DNA of 64,000 bases from an uncultured Candidatus Rokubacteria bacterium (GTDB taxonomy: Bacteria; Methylomirabilota; Methylomirabilia; Rokubacteriales; CSP1-6). Shown in pieces: positions 1 to 11,493 of this stretch. Numbering within the stretch: the stretch's first letter is position 1; every line of letters starts with the position of its first letter. The notes below the pieces were generated by a model. It was not told where the DNA came from. It saw nothing but the letters and a program-made list of their open reading frames with translations, and did not search any database. The stretch lies in the NCBI GenBank assembly GCA_963789955.1, contig CAWBMV010000035.1, positions 13,366 through 77,365 of the forward strand, given 5' to 3'. The position numbers were made by a program, and so were the translations under genes.

Positions 1-542
1 AGGCATGGGTCGCGCAGACGGCCGCGCTACCGGTGCACGCATTCGACCAGACCGAGACCTTGCTCGGCCAGGGAACGCTCGGCATGGAGCTCGCGGAGCA
101 GGCGACGGTCGACACGGTGCTGGTGTCGGTCGGTGGCGGAGGCCTGATCGGCGGGGTGGCGGCGTGGTTCGCCGGATCGGTCAAGGTCGTCGGCGTCGAG
201 CCCGAGTTGGCGCCGACTCTGACGGAGGCCCTGAAGGCCGGACGACCCGTCGATGCGCCGGCGGGCGGCATCGCCGCCGATTCGCTGGCGCCCCGCCGCG
301 TCGGCGAGCTGATGTTTCCGATCGCGCGCGCTCACGTCGCCCGCGTGGTGCTCGTGAGCGACGAGGCGATCCGCCGGGCGCAAGAGGCGCTGTGGAGCGC
401 GGTCCGAATCGTGGCCGAGCCGGGCGGCGCGGCCGCGTTCGCGGCGCTGCTGAGCGGGGCTTACGCGCCGACGGCGGGCGAGCGGGTCGGCGTCGTCGTC
501 AGCGGCGGCAACTCCACCGCGGTCGATTTCGGTCGCGCCTGA
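1..542 (+). CDS. PLP-dependent threonine/serine dehydratase family protein (5' truncated by window edge)
   Basis: HAFD..GQGT, VGGGGLIGG phosphate-binding loop, ADSL, EPGGAAAFAA and SGGN motifs of fold-type II PLP enzymes. Confidence 0.85.
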   Translation, partial: AWVAQTAALPVHAFDQTETLLGQGTLGMELAEQATVDTVLVSVGGGGLIGGVAAWFAGSVKVVGVEPELAPTLTEALKAGRPVDAPAGGIAADSLAPRRVGELMFPIARAHVARVVLVSDEAIRRAQEALWSAVRIVAEPGGAAAFAALLSGAYAPTAGERVGVVVSGGNSTAVDFGRA

Positions 543-561
543 CGGCGCCCGCGCGCTCCGC

Positions 562-1161
562 CTAGATGATCGCGAAATGCGCTTCGGTCGTCCGGCCGCT
601 GCGGCCGTTGATCGGCAGAATGTCTTGCGGACAGGCGGAGAGCGCGATGACCAGATCCATCTCGGCGCGGAACACCACGTAGCTGCCCGGCTGCGAGACC
701 GGGTCGCCCCACGCGAGCTGGCCGTCGGCCGTCCACGGAATGTTCATGAACAGGTTCAGCGACGGCGGCGTGGCGCGGATCACCACGCCGAGGTTCGCGA
801 GCGCCGAGTGCAGGTTGTCCCGGCAGTTGTCGTGATAGCCCTCGACGCCGAGCAGGCCGTAGCGCCACCGGTCGCACGGCGCCATCAAGGTGTCGTGGGC
901 GCACCGCGACGTGTCCTCGACGAGGGTGAGGATCGGCTTTCGCTGGTTGGTGACGAACGTGTCGCCGACCGCCGCCGCGAGCTTCATGAACGAGGCGCGG
1001 CTGGCCTCCATCGACATCCACTCCGTCAGATCGCGTGCGTTGAAGGCCCACGCATCGACGACCTGCGTGCCGTGGGTGTTGACGACCTTGATGTGCTGGC
1101 CGGCGCCCGCCTGCGCCGCCTTGCCCCCACGGGCCGGAATCGTGACGAGCTCAGCGCTCAC
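562..1161 (-). CDS. DUF1989 / urea-carboxylase-associated family protein
   Basis: GTQVVD, HDTLMAPCD, HDNCRDNL, LNLFMN, SACPQD motifs typical of DUF1989. Confidence 0.85.
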   Translation of the reverse strand: MSAELVTIPARGGKAAQAGAGQHIKVVNTHGTQVVDAWAFNARDLTEWMSMEASRASFMKLAAAVGDTFVTNQRKPILTLVEDTSRCAHDTLMAPCDRWRYGLLGVEGYHDNCRDNLHSALANLGVVIRATPPSLNLFMNIPWTADGQLAWGDPVSQPGSYVVFRAEMDLVIALSACPQDILPINGRSGRTTEAHFAII

Positions 1162-1688
1162 TTGGGAGTCCCCCTTTCGGGCTTCTCACGGTAGTACGAG
1201 TTGATGCCGGTGTCCGGAGGCGAGCCGCTCGTCATCGTGAGCATCGTGGCGAGCTCACTCCGGTGGTGGGCCGCGTGGGTCGGGACGTGGAGCAGCAGCA
1301 TGCCGAGCGGCCGGCTGTACGTCCGGCCCTCGGGGGTCTTGCCGTCGAGCGACCGCCACAAGTCGGCCTCGGCGAGGCCGGCCAGAAACGTCCGCTGCTC
1401 GCCCTCGAGCTCGTCCCACTTTCGGCGGAGCTCGCCGAGATCGCGAATGACCAGGCCGTAGGTCGGATCGCCGCGGACGACCGCGGGCGGGCTGCCCCGC
1501 CACGTCGCGAGCCAGAACCAGTCGGCGCCGTACATGTGCACGAGCATCGCACGCAGCGACGACTCGCTGAACTGCTTGCCGATCTCGCGCCCGGCGGCCT
1601 CGTCACCGAGCGCCGCCACCACGTCGAAGAGCCGGCGATTGGCCCAGTGATGGTAGGCCCAGTACTCTCGGATCAGCTCGACGCTCAT
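1158..1688 (-). CDS. DinB/YfiT family protein
   Basis: YHHWAN N-terminus, LVHMYGAD, HVPTHAAHHRSE metal-binding His; overlaps both neighbours by 4 nt. Confidence 0.85.
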   Translation of the reverse strand: MSVELIREYWAYHHWANRRLFDVVAALGDEAAGREIGKQFSESSLRAMLVHMYGADWFWLATWRGSPPAVVRGDPTYGLVIRDLGELRRKWDELEGEQRTFLAGLAEADLWRSLDGKTPEGRTYSRPLGMLLLHVPTHAAHHRSELATMLTMTSGSPPDTGINSYYREKPERGTPK

Positions 1689-2512
1689 GATCCGCTCCGG
1701 AGACCGTGGCCTCCGCGATAGTCGGACGCCGCCGGCGGCGTCCAGCCCGCGAGCAGATCGGGCGCCGGCTGCCAGATCTCGACCCCGAGCGGCCGGCACG
1801 TGGCGAGCGCATCGCCGGCGCCGGGCCCCCACACCGCCACCGAGAGATCGCCGTGCGGACACACCGAGATCGCGGCCAGCACGTCGATCTCGGCGAAGAA
1901 CTCGACGAAATCACCGGTGCGCGCCGGACTCGGCTTGACGAAGTAGCGTCCCTCGGGGGTGAGCCCGGTGACCTGGAAGACGTTGAGCACGTCGTGCACG
2001 TCGAGCTCGGTCAGGTGAAAGGGCGCGACCGCGCGCACGAGATTGCTGTGACAGCAGAGGTCGAACTCCTCGCCGTTGAGCAGCTTGTGGACGTACGGGT
2101 CGCACCGCGTCCCGAGCAAGTCGTGACAGCCGCCGCCGTCCTCGTCGCGCCCGTAGCGGACGCTGTCGCCGGTCATCGTCAACATCGGCCTGAGGTACGG
2201 CAGGCACGACCACAGCCGGTCGAAGGGCGTGAGGTGCGCCTGGTGGAGCTGGCGCGTGCGCGACGCCCAGAAACGCTCGCGCGGGTTCGCCAGGCTCCAC
2301 ACGTTCAGATCCGCCACCTGCGGCCCCTCGACGGCGACGATCCGGAAGATCTGCCCGGCACGCACCGGCCACGCCCGGCCCGTCCGCCGGGGCACGACGA
2401 ACCGGTCGACCAGGGTGCGCTTGCCGGTCTCACGCGCCAGTCGACCGTAGAGCTCGCGGTCGACCTCGAGTGGTGAGCCGGGCTTTGCGTCGTAGATCAC
2501 GCGCGGTCGCAT
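1685..2512 (-). CDS. DUF1989 family protein (longer subfamily)
   Basis: GPQVADLN, HDLLGTRCDP, CCHSNL, HDVLNVFQVTG, SVCPHGD. Confidence 0.85.
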   Translation of the reverse strand: MRPRVIYDAKPGSPLEVDRELYGRLARETGKRTLVDRFVVPRRTGRAWPVRAGQIFRIVAVEGPQVADLNVWSLANPRERFWASRTRQLHQAHLTPFDRLWSCLPYLRPMLTMTGDSVRYGRDEDGGGCHDLLGTRCDPYVHKLLNGEEFDLCCHSNLVRAVAPFHLTELDVHDVLNVFQVTGLTPEGRYFVKPSPARTGDFVEFFAEIDVLAAISVCPHGDLSVAVWGPGAGDALATCRPLGVEIWQPAPDLLAGWTPPAASDYRGGHGLRSGS

Positions 2513-2596
2513 GTGCTGGGAGAAGGCGGCTCCTCTCCTATCTCAACGCGGCGCCTGGGCCCACGGTTGCACGCGCAGCGGGCAGTCGCGCCGACG

Positions 2597-2623
2597 TTGA
2601 CAATCCCTGATCAGGCATAGTCT
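2597..2623 (+). promoter_or_regulatory. Possible sigma70 promoter with palindromic operator upstream of the liv operon
   Basis: Perfect TTGACA at 2597-2602 followed by palindrome CCTGATCAGG (2606-2615) in the divergent intergenic region; -10 box is imperfect. Confidence 0.35.
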
Positions 2624-2681
2624 GATACCGGCCAGCCGGATCAGAATGCCGCATGATAGCGCCGATCAGGGAGGTCCAGCC

Positions 2682-3947
2682 ATGAGAGTGTTGCGCGTGA
2701 CCACGGCAATCGCACTGTTCCTCGGGCTCGTCGGCTTCGTCGCCGGCACCGACGCCCAGCAGTGCCCCAAGGGTAAGCTCCGCCTCTACACGTCGTGGCC
2801 GATGCAGGGCGCGATGCTGCCCGAGGGCACCGGCATGAAGAACGGCGTCGACCTCGCGGTGGCCGAGGTCAACGGCGTCGTCGCGGGCTACTGCCTCGAG
2901 ATCGTGAACCTGGACGACGCCTCGCCGCAAACCGGCAAGTGGGACGGCGCGGTCGAGGCCGAGAACGCGAACAAGGCGGTCGGCGATCCGCTGGCGATCG
3001 TGTACATCGGGACCTACAACTCCGGCGCCGCCAAGGTGTCGATCCCGATCACGAACCGCGCGCACATGGCGCAGGTCACGCCGGCCAACACCTATCCCGG
3101 GCTGACGAAGAAGCGCGGCGCTGCGCCGGGTGAGCCGGAGATCTACCGGCCCGGCGGGTTCGTGAACTACTTCCGGCCGATCCCGGCCGACGACATCCAG
3201 GGCGCGGTCGGCGCCAAGTGGGCCAAGCGTCTCGGCGTCAAGAAGGTGTTCATCCTCAACGACCAGGAGCTCTACGGCAAGGGCATCGCCGACGTCTTCG
3301 AGGCCACCGCGAAGAAGATCGGGCTGCCCGTCGTCGCCAACGAGGGCATCGACTGGAAGCAGCCCGACCAGAAGCCGGTGCTGACGAAGGTCCGGGCCTC
3401 CGGCGCGGACCTCGTCTACCTGGGCGGCGTCATCGAGACCGGCGCGCAGGTGATCATCCGGCAGATGAAGGAAGTCGGGCTCGTCGCGCCGCGGACGCGC
3501 TTCATGGGACCGGACGGGCTGCTGGAAGAAGAGCTCCTGAAGGGCGCCACGTGCGAGGCCGCCCTGGCGACCGACATGCGCGTCACGTTCGCCGGTCTGC
3601 CGTTCGAGAAGATGCGCGGCGTCGGCGCCAAGACGTACGAGACCTACAAGACGAAGTACGGGAAGGAGCCGACCTCGTACGCGCTGTACGCCGCCGAGGG
3701 CGGCCGCGTGATCGTCGACGCCATCAAGCGGGCCGCGCCGCAGATCGAGAAGGCGAAGGACGTCACCGAGAAGCGCGAGGCCGTGCGCAAGGCGATCGCC
3801 TCCACCAAGAACTTCGAGGGCATCAACGGCAAGTGGAGCTTCGACGAGAACGGCGACGTCGACTACGACACCATGTCCGGCTTCAAGGTGATGAAGGCCG
3901 AGGGGCCGATCGGCTGCAAGTTCCAGTTCGAGTCCATCCTCGAGTAG
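2682..3947 (+). CDS. livK: Branched-chain amino acid ABC transporter substrate-binding protein
   Basis: Signal peptide, GGAGG RBS, IGTYNSG, PANTYPGLT, DQELYGKG, GINGKWSFDENGD. Confidence 0.9.
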   Translation: MRVLRVTTAIALFLGLVGFVAGTDAQQCPKGKLRLYTSWPMQGAMLPEGTGMKNGVDLAVAEVNGVVAGYCLEIVNLDDASPQTGKWDGAVEAENANKAVGDPLAIVYIGTYNSGAAKVSIPITNRAHMAQVTPANTYPGLTKKRGAAPGEPEIYRPGGFVNYFRPIPADDIQGAVGAKWAKRLGVKKVFILNDQELYGKGIADVFEATAKKIGLPVVANEGIDWKQPDQKPVLTKVRASGADLVYLGGVIETGAQVIIRQMKEVGLVAPRTRFMGPDGLLEEELLKGATCEAALATDMRVTFAGLPFEKMRGVGAKTYETYKTKYGKEPTSYALYAAEGGRVIVDAIKRAAPQIEKAKDVTEKREAVRKAIASTKNFEGINGKWSFDENGDVDYDTMSGFKVMKAEGPIGCKFQFESILE

Positions 3948-4101
3948 CGGCCTCGAACGGAGCGCCGGCTCGGCGCCCGACTTCGCGACGCAGGCCGCGA
4001 TCCGCGGCCCTCGAGACCGCGAGCGCCCCGAGGGAGCGACGGCTGCGCGTCTCCGAGCGAGCTGGGGGCCCTGAGCCCACATCTCCTAACGCCCCCCACC
4101 A

Positions 4102-5040
4102 ATGAACTGGTGGGAGGTACTCGTCCAGCAGACCATCAACGGCCTGACGCGCGGGGCCGTCTTCGCGCTGATCGCGCTCGGCTACACGATGGTCTACGGG
4201 ATCATCGAGCTCATCAACTTCGCGCACGGCGACGTCTTCATGCTGGGCCTCTTCATCTCGCTCGCCTGGTTCGCGCTGCTCGGCGTCACGAAGACCTTGA
4301 CCGGCTGGGAGCTCGTGACGATCCTGCCGCTCGTCTTCGTCCTGACCATGCTCACCACGGCGGCGCTCAACGTGACGATCGACCGCGTCGCCTACCGCCC
4401 GCTGCGCCGCTCGACGCGGCTGGCGCCGCTGATCACCGCCATCGGCGTGTCGTTCATGCTGGAGAATCTGGCGCTCCTCTGGAAGGGCCCGGCGCCCATC
4501 GCGTATCCCGACGTGTTTCCGTCGGTCGACATCCTGCGCGAGTGGTTCGGCGTCGATTCGGCGATCTTCATCACCACCAAGGACGTGCTCGTGGTGGGCG
4601 CGACGATTCCGCTGATGATCGCGCTCAACTACTTCGTGACCCGGACGCGCTGGGGCAAGGCCATGCGGGCGACGGCGCAGGATCGCGAGACCGCGCAGGC
4701 GATGGGCATCAACGTCGAGCGCGTCATCCTGGTGACGTTCTTCGTCGGCGGCGCGCTGGCGGGCGCGGCCGGGTTGATCCAGGGCATCTACTACAACATC
4801 GGCATGTGGTGGATGGGCTACCAGGCGGGCCTGCGCGCCTTCACGGCGGCGGTGCTCGGCGGCATCGGCAACATGCCCGGCGCCGCGCTCGGCGGGCTCT
4901 TCATCGGATTTCTCTCGGCGTGGAGCGACCAGTACATCTCCGCGCGCTGGACCAACGCGATCGTCTTCGCGATCCTCATCCTGGTGCTCGTCTTCCGTCC
5001 CCAGGGACTCCTCGGCGCCCGATCGCCGGACAAGGTATGA
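4102..5040 (+). CDS. livH: Branched-chain amino acid ABC transporter permease
   Basis: ALGYTMVYGIIELINFAHGD, GKAMRATAQD, AFTAAVLGGIG, RPQGLLG. Confidence 0.92.
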   Translation: MNWWEVLVQQTINGLTRGAVFALIALGYTMVYGIIELINFAHGDVFMLGLFISLAWFALLGVTKTLTGWELVTILPLVFVLTMLTTAALNVTIDRVAYRPLRRSTRLAPLITAIGVSFMLENLALLWKGPAPIAYPDVFPSVDILREWFGVDSAIFITTKDVLVVGATIPLMIALNYFVTRTRWGKAMRATAQDRETAQAMGINVERVILVTFFVGGALAGAAGLIQGIYYNIGMWWMGYQAGLRAFTAAVLGGIGNMPGAALGGLFIGFLSAWSDQYISARWTNAIVFAILILVLVFRPQGLLGARSPDKV

Positions 5041-6983
5041 CGCCGGCGCTCCGCTGGACGGCGCTGGTCGTGGCGCTGCTCGCCTATCCGTTCGTCGACC
5101 GCGCGCTCGGGATCCAGACGGTGCACGCGGTCTCCGACGGCATGATCTACGTGCTGCTCGCGCTCGGCCTCAACATCGTCGTCGGCTACGCGGGCCTGCT
5201 CGACCTGGGGTACGCGGCGTTCTTCGCGATCGGCGCCTACGCGATGGGCCTCTTGAACTCGCCGGTCGCTCGGCTCGCCGCTCTACGGACACGGCTGGAG
5301 CTTCTGGCTCTGCATCTGGATCGCCGCGGCGGTGTCGGCGCTGCTCGGCACCGTGATCGGCGCGCCGACCTTGCGGGTGCGCGGCGACTATCTCGCGATC
5401 ATCACGCTCGGGTTCGGCGAGATCATCCCGGTCGCGATCCGCAATCTCGGCGACATCACGGTCGACATCGGGGGCTGGCGCCCGGTCGAGCGGCTCAACC
5501 TGACCGGCGGCGAGAACGGCGTCAACCCGATCGGCCGCCCGCACCTGCCCGGGCGTGCCGTTCGAGACCGATCCCGTGCCGTGGTACTTCCTGATCCTCG
5601 TCATCGGCGTCCTGTCGATCTGGGCGATGACCCGGCTCCACGATTCGCGCCTGGGCCGCGCGTGGATGGCGATCCGCGAGGACGAGACCGCCGCCGATTG
5701 CACCGGCGTCAACCCGATCTCGACCAAGCTCCTGGCGTTCGCGCTCGGCGCCTCGTTCTCGGGCTTCGCCGGCTCGGTCTACGCCGCGAAGCTCCAGGCC
5801 ATCACGCCGGGCGCGTTCGAGTTCCAGGTGTCGATCATGCTCCTGTGCATGGTCGTGCTCGGCGGCGCCGGCAGCATCAAGGGCGTGATCCTCGGCGGCA
5901 TGCTCATCACGATCTTCGACCGCGTCGTGCTCTCGCAGACGACGTTCTTCGTGCGCTGGATCGGACGCACGCACCGGCGTGCACGCACTGACGGTGGCCG
6001 ACGTCACGCTGTGGCGCTGGTTCTTCTTCGGACTCGGGCTCGTGCTCGTGATGCTGCTGAAGCCCGAAGGCCTGGCCGGCCGCCGGGTCCGTCCGATCGC
6101 GCCGACCGACGACGAGCTCGACGCGCCTCGCGATCGAGGAAGCGCCGCGCCGCACGGCCGCCCTGCCGGCGTGGCTCCTCGAGAGTGCCCGGCGTTCGGC
6201 CGCGCCCGATCCGATTCTCGACGTGCGCGGGGTCGCCAAGCGCTTCGGCGGCGTCGTGGCCCTCGGCGAGGTCGACCTGGTCGTCCCGCGCGGCGCCATC
6301 ATCGGGCTGATCGGCCCCAACGGCGCCGGCAAGACCACGTTCTTCAACATCGTGACCGGCCTCATCTCGCCCGACGAGGGCCGCATCGTGTTCGCGGGCA
6401 CCAGCATCGTGGGACTCCGGCCGAACGCGATCGTCGGGCGCGGGATCGCGCGCACCTTCCAGTCGATCCGGCTCTTCCCGCAGATGACCGTGCTGGAGAA
6501 CGTGCTGGTGGGCGAGCACTGCCGCCTGCGCGCGAGCGTACCCGGCGCCGTGCTGCGTCCGGCATCGGTCGTGGCCGAAGAGGCCCGCGCTCGCGAGCGG
6601 GCGCGCGAGCTGCTCGCGTTCATCGGCCTCGACGGCAAAGGAGACGATCTCGCGCGCAACCTGCCGTACGGCGACCAGCGCCGGCTCGAGATCGCCCGCG
6701 CGCTCGCGACCGAGCCGCGGCTCCTCCTGCTCGACGAGCCGACCGCGGGCATGAACCCGCGCGAGACCGAGAACCTGACCGACCTTGATCGGGTCGCTGC
6801 GCCGCGAGCTCGACCTGGCCATTCTCCTGATCGAGCACGACATGGAAGTGGTGATGGGCATTTCCGACCGCATCACCGTGCTCGACTACGGCGTGCGCAT
6901 CGCCGAGGGCACGCCGGCGGAGATCCAGCGGCATCCCAAGGTGATCGAAGCCTATCTGGGCACGGGCTACGAGCGCGAGCCGC

Positions 6984-6991
<8 letters not shown>
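5037..6991 (+). CDS. livM: Probable fused LivM permease + LivG ATPase (several single-base frameshifts near 5270, 5550, 5975, 6125, 6785)
   Basis: [47 protein letters not shown], then a linker with no stop or RBS into [35 protein letters not shown]. Confidence 0.8.
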
Positions 6992-7691
<700 letters not shown>

Positions 7692-7697
7692 CGCGGG

Positions 7698-8950
7698 TCA
7701 GCGGCGCGGCGTCAGGCCCTCGAGATCGAGCGCGGGCATGCGGCCCGCTCATCAGGTCGGCGACGATCCGGGCGGTGCCGCACGCCATCGTCCATCCCAT
7801 GTGGCCGTGCCCGCTGTTGAAGAAGAGGTTGCGATGGCGGCCGAGCCCGAGAATCGGCGGCCCGTCTGGCGTCATCGGGCGCAGGCACGCGCGATACTCG
7901 CCCCGGTCGTAGTCGGCGGCGTCCGGGAAGAGATCGCGCGCGAGCTTCAAGATGTTGTTGAAGTCGCGCGGCGTCCAGCCCCAGTCGTAGCCGGCGAACT
8001 CCGCGGTCGACGTCAGCCGCAGCCGATCGCCCAGGCGTGACCAGCCGACCAGCCATTTCTCGTCGACGCCCGGCACCATCGGCGCGCGGCCGCCGGGCTT
8101 CAGCGGGAACGTCGACGAATAGCCCTTCGCCGGATAGACCGGAAGGCTCACGCCGGCCGTGCGCGCGACGATCGGCGCGCCGACGCCGAGCGCCAGCACG
8201 TAGTTGTCCGCCGTGAGCACGCCCGCGTTCGTGAGCGCCGCGTCGATCCGGTCGCCGCCGGCCTGCAGCGCCGTCACGCGGGTGCCGAGCTTCACGACGA
8301 CGCCGAGCTTCTCGCGACAGACGCGCGCGAGATTCTCGACGAAGACGCGCGAATCACCGCTCGAGTCCCCGACGTCGCGGATCGCGCCGGCGATCTTGGC
8401 CTGGACGGGCTCGAAGACCGGATCGAGCTGGGCCACGCCGCGCGCGTCGAGGATCTCCTGCTTCTGCCCGTGCTCGGCGAGGAGCGCCATCTTCTTCACG
8501 CCGGCCTCGAGCTCGGCGCCATCGCGGTAGAGATAGAGCGCGCCTCTTCGTGATCGCGTGGTACTCGATCTGCTCGGCCCGCACCAGGTCGTTCATCACC
8601 GACTGGCTGTACTGGCAGAGCCGCAGCTTGATCAGGGTGTTCCGGCGCGCCCGGTCCGCGGTGCACTCGCGCAGGAAGCGCAGGCCCCACGTGTACAGGC
8701 GAAGGTCGGTCGTCGGCCGGATGCGGATCGCCGTCTCGCCGCCACGCAGCGAGTCCCACAGCATGCGCGGCGCGCGCGGCGACGCCCACGCGAACGAGTG
8801 GCCCGGCGCGATGATCCCGGCGTTGCCGGAGCTCGCCTCGAGGCCGAGCCCGTCCTTCTCCTCGAGGATCGTGACCTCGTGGCCCGCCTTGGCCAGGAAG
8901 TAGGCCGTCGTCACGCCGACCACGCCGCCGCCGAGCACGAGCGTCTTCAT
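7698..8950 (-). CDS. dadA: D-amino acid dehydrogenase (frameshifts near 8545 and 7745)
   Basis: GGGVVG FAD motif, ASSGNAG, VYPAKGYS, CLRPMTPDGPP, NSGHGHMGWTMACG. Confidence 0.85.
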
Positions 8951-8954
8951 GGGA

Positions 8955-9962
8955 TCACGCCTCGAGGAGGAATCCGGCTCGAACCGGATCGTCGGGATCG
9001 AAGAGGAACTGGCTGAATCCAGTCAGGTACGAGGTGCCGGTGATCTCCGGCAGGATCGCGCGCCGGCCCTCGACCGTGGTCTCGCCGGCGATGCGGCCCG
9101 TGAAGTCGAGACCCAGGAGCCCGCGGCTCGTGATGCTCTCGCCCACGCGCAGGAGCCCGCGGTGATGGAAGAGCGCCATGCGCGCACAGGTCCCGGATCC
9201 GCAGGGCGCCGCGTCGACCTGACCCGGCCCCCACACGAGCGCGTTCGGCGAGACGCCCGCGCCGTCCGGCAGCTCGTGCACGAGCACGTTGTCGACGCTG
9301 GCCTTGCCGAGGCCCGGCACGTTCACCTCGAGCTGAGCATTGACGGCCTCGCGAACGGCCATGCCTCGCTGCGCGATGCGCTTGGCCAGCTCGCGCCGCA
9401 CGCCGACGCCGAGCTTCTGCGCCTCGACGATGGCGAAGACGTTGCCGACGCCGACCGCGATGTCGACCGGCACCTCGCCCACCGATTCGACCTCGACGCT
9501 CTGTCCGGCGAGCACGACGAACGAGGGCGTCCAGCGCAAGGTGACCTCGCGAACGCGGTCGCGGTCCGAGCGCGCGACGGTCTCGACGACGCCGGCCTCC
9601 GTGTCGATGATCACGGGTGTCTCGGCGCCGACCCGCGGCACCATCCCGGTCTCGATCGCCACCGTCGCGGCGCCGATCGTGCCTTCGCCGCACGAGACGT
9701 AGTAGCCGCCGGGATAGATGAAGAAGAGCCCGAAGTGAGCGCCCGGCGTGACCGGCTCGGTCATCACCGCGATCAGGAGACTGCGGTGCCCGCGCGGCTC
9801 GAGGCAGAGACCCGTCCTCAGATCGTCGTGGTGCTCCTGGAAGAAGCGCCGCTTCTCGCCGATCGTGGCGCCCGGGAGCCGCCCGAGGCCGCTGGTGAGC
9901 AGACGCATCCCGATTCCGGCGGTGTGAAAATCGATGGTCGAGATGACTCGATCGGACCGCAT
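8955..9962 (-). CDS. Proline racemase / 4-hydroxyproline epimerase family protein with divergent active site
   Basis: DFHTAG, EPRGH, SCGE (vs MCGH), DAAPCGSG (vs DRSPCGTG), C-terminal DPDDP..GF. Confidence 0.85.
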   Translation of the reverse strand: MRSDRVISTIDFHTAGIGMRLLTSGLGRLPGATIGEKRRFFQEHHDDLRTGLCLEPRGHRSLLIAVMTEPVTPGAHFGLFFIYPGGYYVSCGEGTIGAATVAIETGMVPRVGAETPVIIDTEAGVVETVARSDRDRVREVTLRWTPSFVVLAGQSVEVESVGEVPVDIAVGVGNVFAIVEAQKLGVGVRRELAKRIAQRGMAVREAVNAQLEVNVPGLGKASVDNVLVHELPDGAGVSPNALVWGPGQVDAAPCGSGTCARMALFHHRGLLRVGESITSRGLLGLDFTGRIAGETTVEGRRAILPEITGTSYLTGFSQFLFDPDDPVRAGFLLEA

Positions 9963-10011
9963 GGGCACCTCACTCTGCGCGACGTCTGCGGCGCGCACCG
10001 CCGCGCCGAAA

Positions 10012-11493
10012 TCATACCGCAGACGCGGCCCGCCCGGCCGCTAGCCGACACGCCTGGAAGTAGGGCGCCGCGGTCTCCGCCAGCACGAGCCCTGGCCCGG
10101 CCGCGGCGCGAACCTCGCTCGCGATCGCGGCGACCTCGGCGAGCACGGCCGGCTCGTCGAACGCCAGGATGCGGCCGTCGCGCAAGACCCACACGCCGTC
10201 GATCATCACCGCCGCCACCGCGGCGGCGCCGCCGTGCTGGACCAGATGCGGCACCGTCACGGGCGATCCGGCCAGCGCGGCCGTGCGCGGATCGAGCAGC
10301 ACGAGATCGGCGCGCTGGCCCGGCTCGATGCGGCCGACCGCCCCGGCCTGGCCGATCGCGCGGGCCCCGCCGCTCGTCGCCATCTCGAGGATCCGGCGCG
10401 GCGCGGGCCACGCGCGCGGGTCCGGCGTGTCGGGCCGCGGCAGCATGAGGGCCAGGCGCATGATCTCGAAGAGGTCGTGGCGGCCGCCCGAGTTCGACGA
10501 GTCCGTCCCGAGCGCCAGCGGCACGCCGCGCTCCAGCATCATGGGCAGTGACAGGCGCCCGCTGCCGAGCATCAGGTTGCTGGCCGGATTGTGGACCACC
10601 GTCACGCCGTGGCGAGCGAGGAGATCGGCCTCCTCCGGCGCGAGCCACACGCCGTGTGCCACCGAGAGGCGCTCGCTCAGAACACCGGCGCGCGCCATCT
10701 CCGCGACCGTCCCGCCCGGCCACACCGCCGCGCCCCTGACCGCCTGGGCCCGTGTCTCCACGAGATGCGTGTGCGCGTGAAGTCCCGGGTCGGCGGCGAG
10801 ACGCCGCCACACGTCGATCAACCCCGAAGAGCAGCGCTGAAACGCGTTCGGACCGAGCAGGATCGTGACGCGGCGGTGACCGCGCCACTGACTCGCGAGA
10901 TCGCGATACATGCCTTCGGCGGCGGCGGGCTCGGAGCGCGGCGCGGTGTCGAGCGCGGCGCGGATCTCCGGTGGAAGCGCGAGCTGCAGGAATTCGTGGT
11001 CGAAGACGTCGTGCATGAACGGCGCGAACGCGACGCGCATGCCGCTCGCCGCGTGCGCGGCCAGCGCGGCCTCGGCAAATCTCGTGTGCGGGAAATGATC
11101 GAGGCAGGCGGTGATCCCGTTACGGATCATCTCGGCGGCGCCGAGCAGGACGGCCAGCCGGATCGCCTCCGCGCCGAGCGCCCGGCCGTAGGCCACGGTA
11201 TAGAGCGCCCATGGCTCGAGCGGCAGGCTGTTCTCGGTCCCTTTCAGCAAGGTGCCGTAGGAGTGATAGTGCGCGTTGACCAGGCCGGGCATCAGGATCA
11301 TCCCGGCGGCGTCGATCACCTCGCCGGCCCGGGCCCTCGTGTCCCGCTGCTCACGGTCCGTCAGGGCGACCGCCACGATCGAGTCGCCCTCGACGAGCAC
11401 GCCGCCCGCGCGCGGCTCGTTGCCCGCGTCGGGACGGACCAGCCGCGCGTTGGCGATGTAGACGCTCGACCGACCCGCGGCCGTTCCGCTCAA
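10012..11493 (-). CDS. Metal-dependent amidohydrolase/deaminase (MtaD/SsnA/AtzA-like)
   Basis: PGLVNAHYH, HTHLVET, AHGVWL, HNPASNLMLGSG, LGTD; TTG start overlapping the upstream stop. Confidence 0.85.
   Translation of the reverse strand: MSGTAAGRSSVYIANARLVRPDAGNEPRAGGVLVEGDSIVAVALTDREQRDTRARAGEVIDAAGMILMPGLVNAHYHSYGTLLKGTENSLPLEPWALYTVAYGRALGAEAIRLAVLLGAAEMIRNGITACLDHFPHTRFAEAALAAHAASGMRVAFAPFMHDVFDHEFLQLALPPEIRAALDTAPRSEPAAAEGMYRDLASQWRGHRRVTILLGPNAFQRCSSGLIDVWRRLAADPGLHAHTHLVETRAQAVRGAAVWPGGTVAEMARAGVLSERLSVAHGVWLAPEEADLLARHGVTVVHNPASNLMLGSGRLSLPMMLERGVPLALGTDSSNSGGRHDLFEIMRLALMLPRPDTPDPRAWPAPRRILEMATSGGARAIGQAGAVGRIEPGQRADLVLLDPRTAALAGSPVTVPHLVQHGGAAAVAAVMIDGVWVLRDGRILAFDEPAVLAEVAAIASEVRAAAGPGLVLAETAAPYFQACRLAAGRAASAV

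Noticed and set aside
2513..2681. Guanidine riboswitch upstream of the DUF1989 genes
   Set aside because: No ykkC-type 3' stem consensus or paired ACGR-loop hairpins recognisable by eye; an Rfam cmsearch would settle it.
3948..4101. Structured ncRNA between livK and livH
   Set aside because: GC-rich with only short possible stems and no recognisable family; may just stabilise the mRNA.
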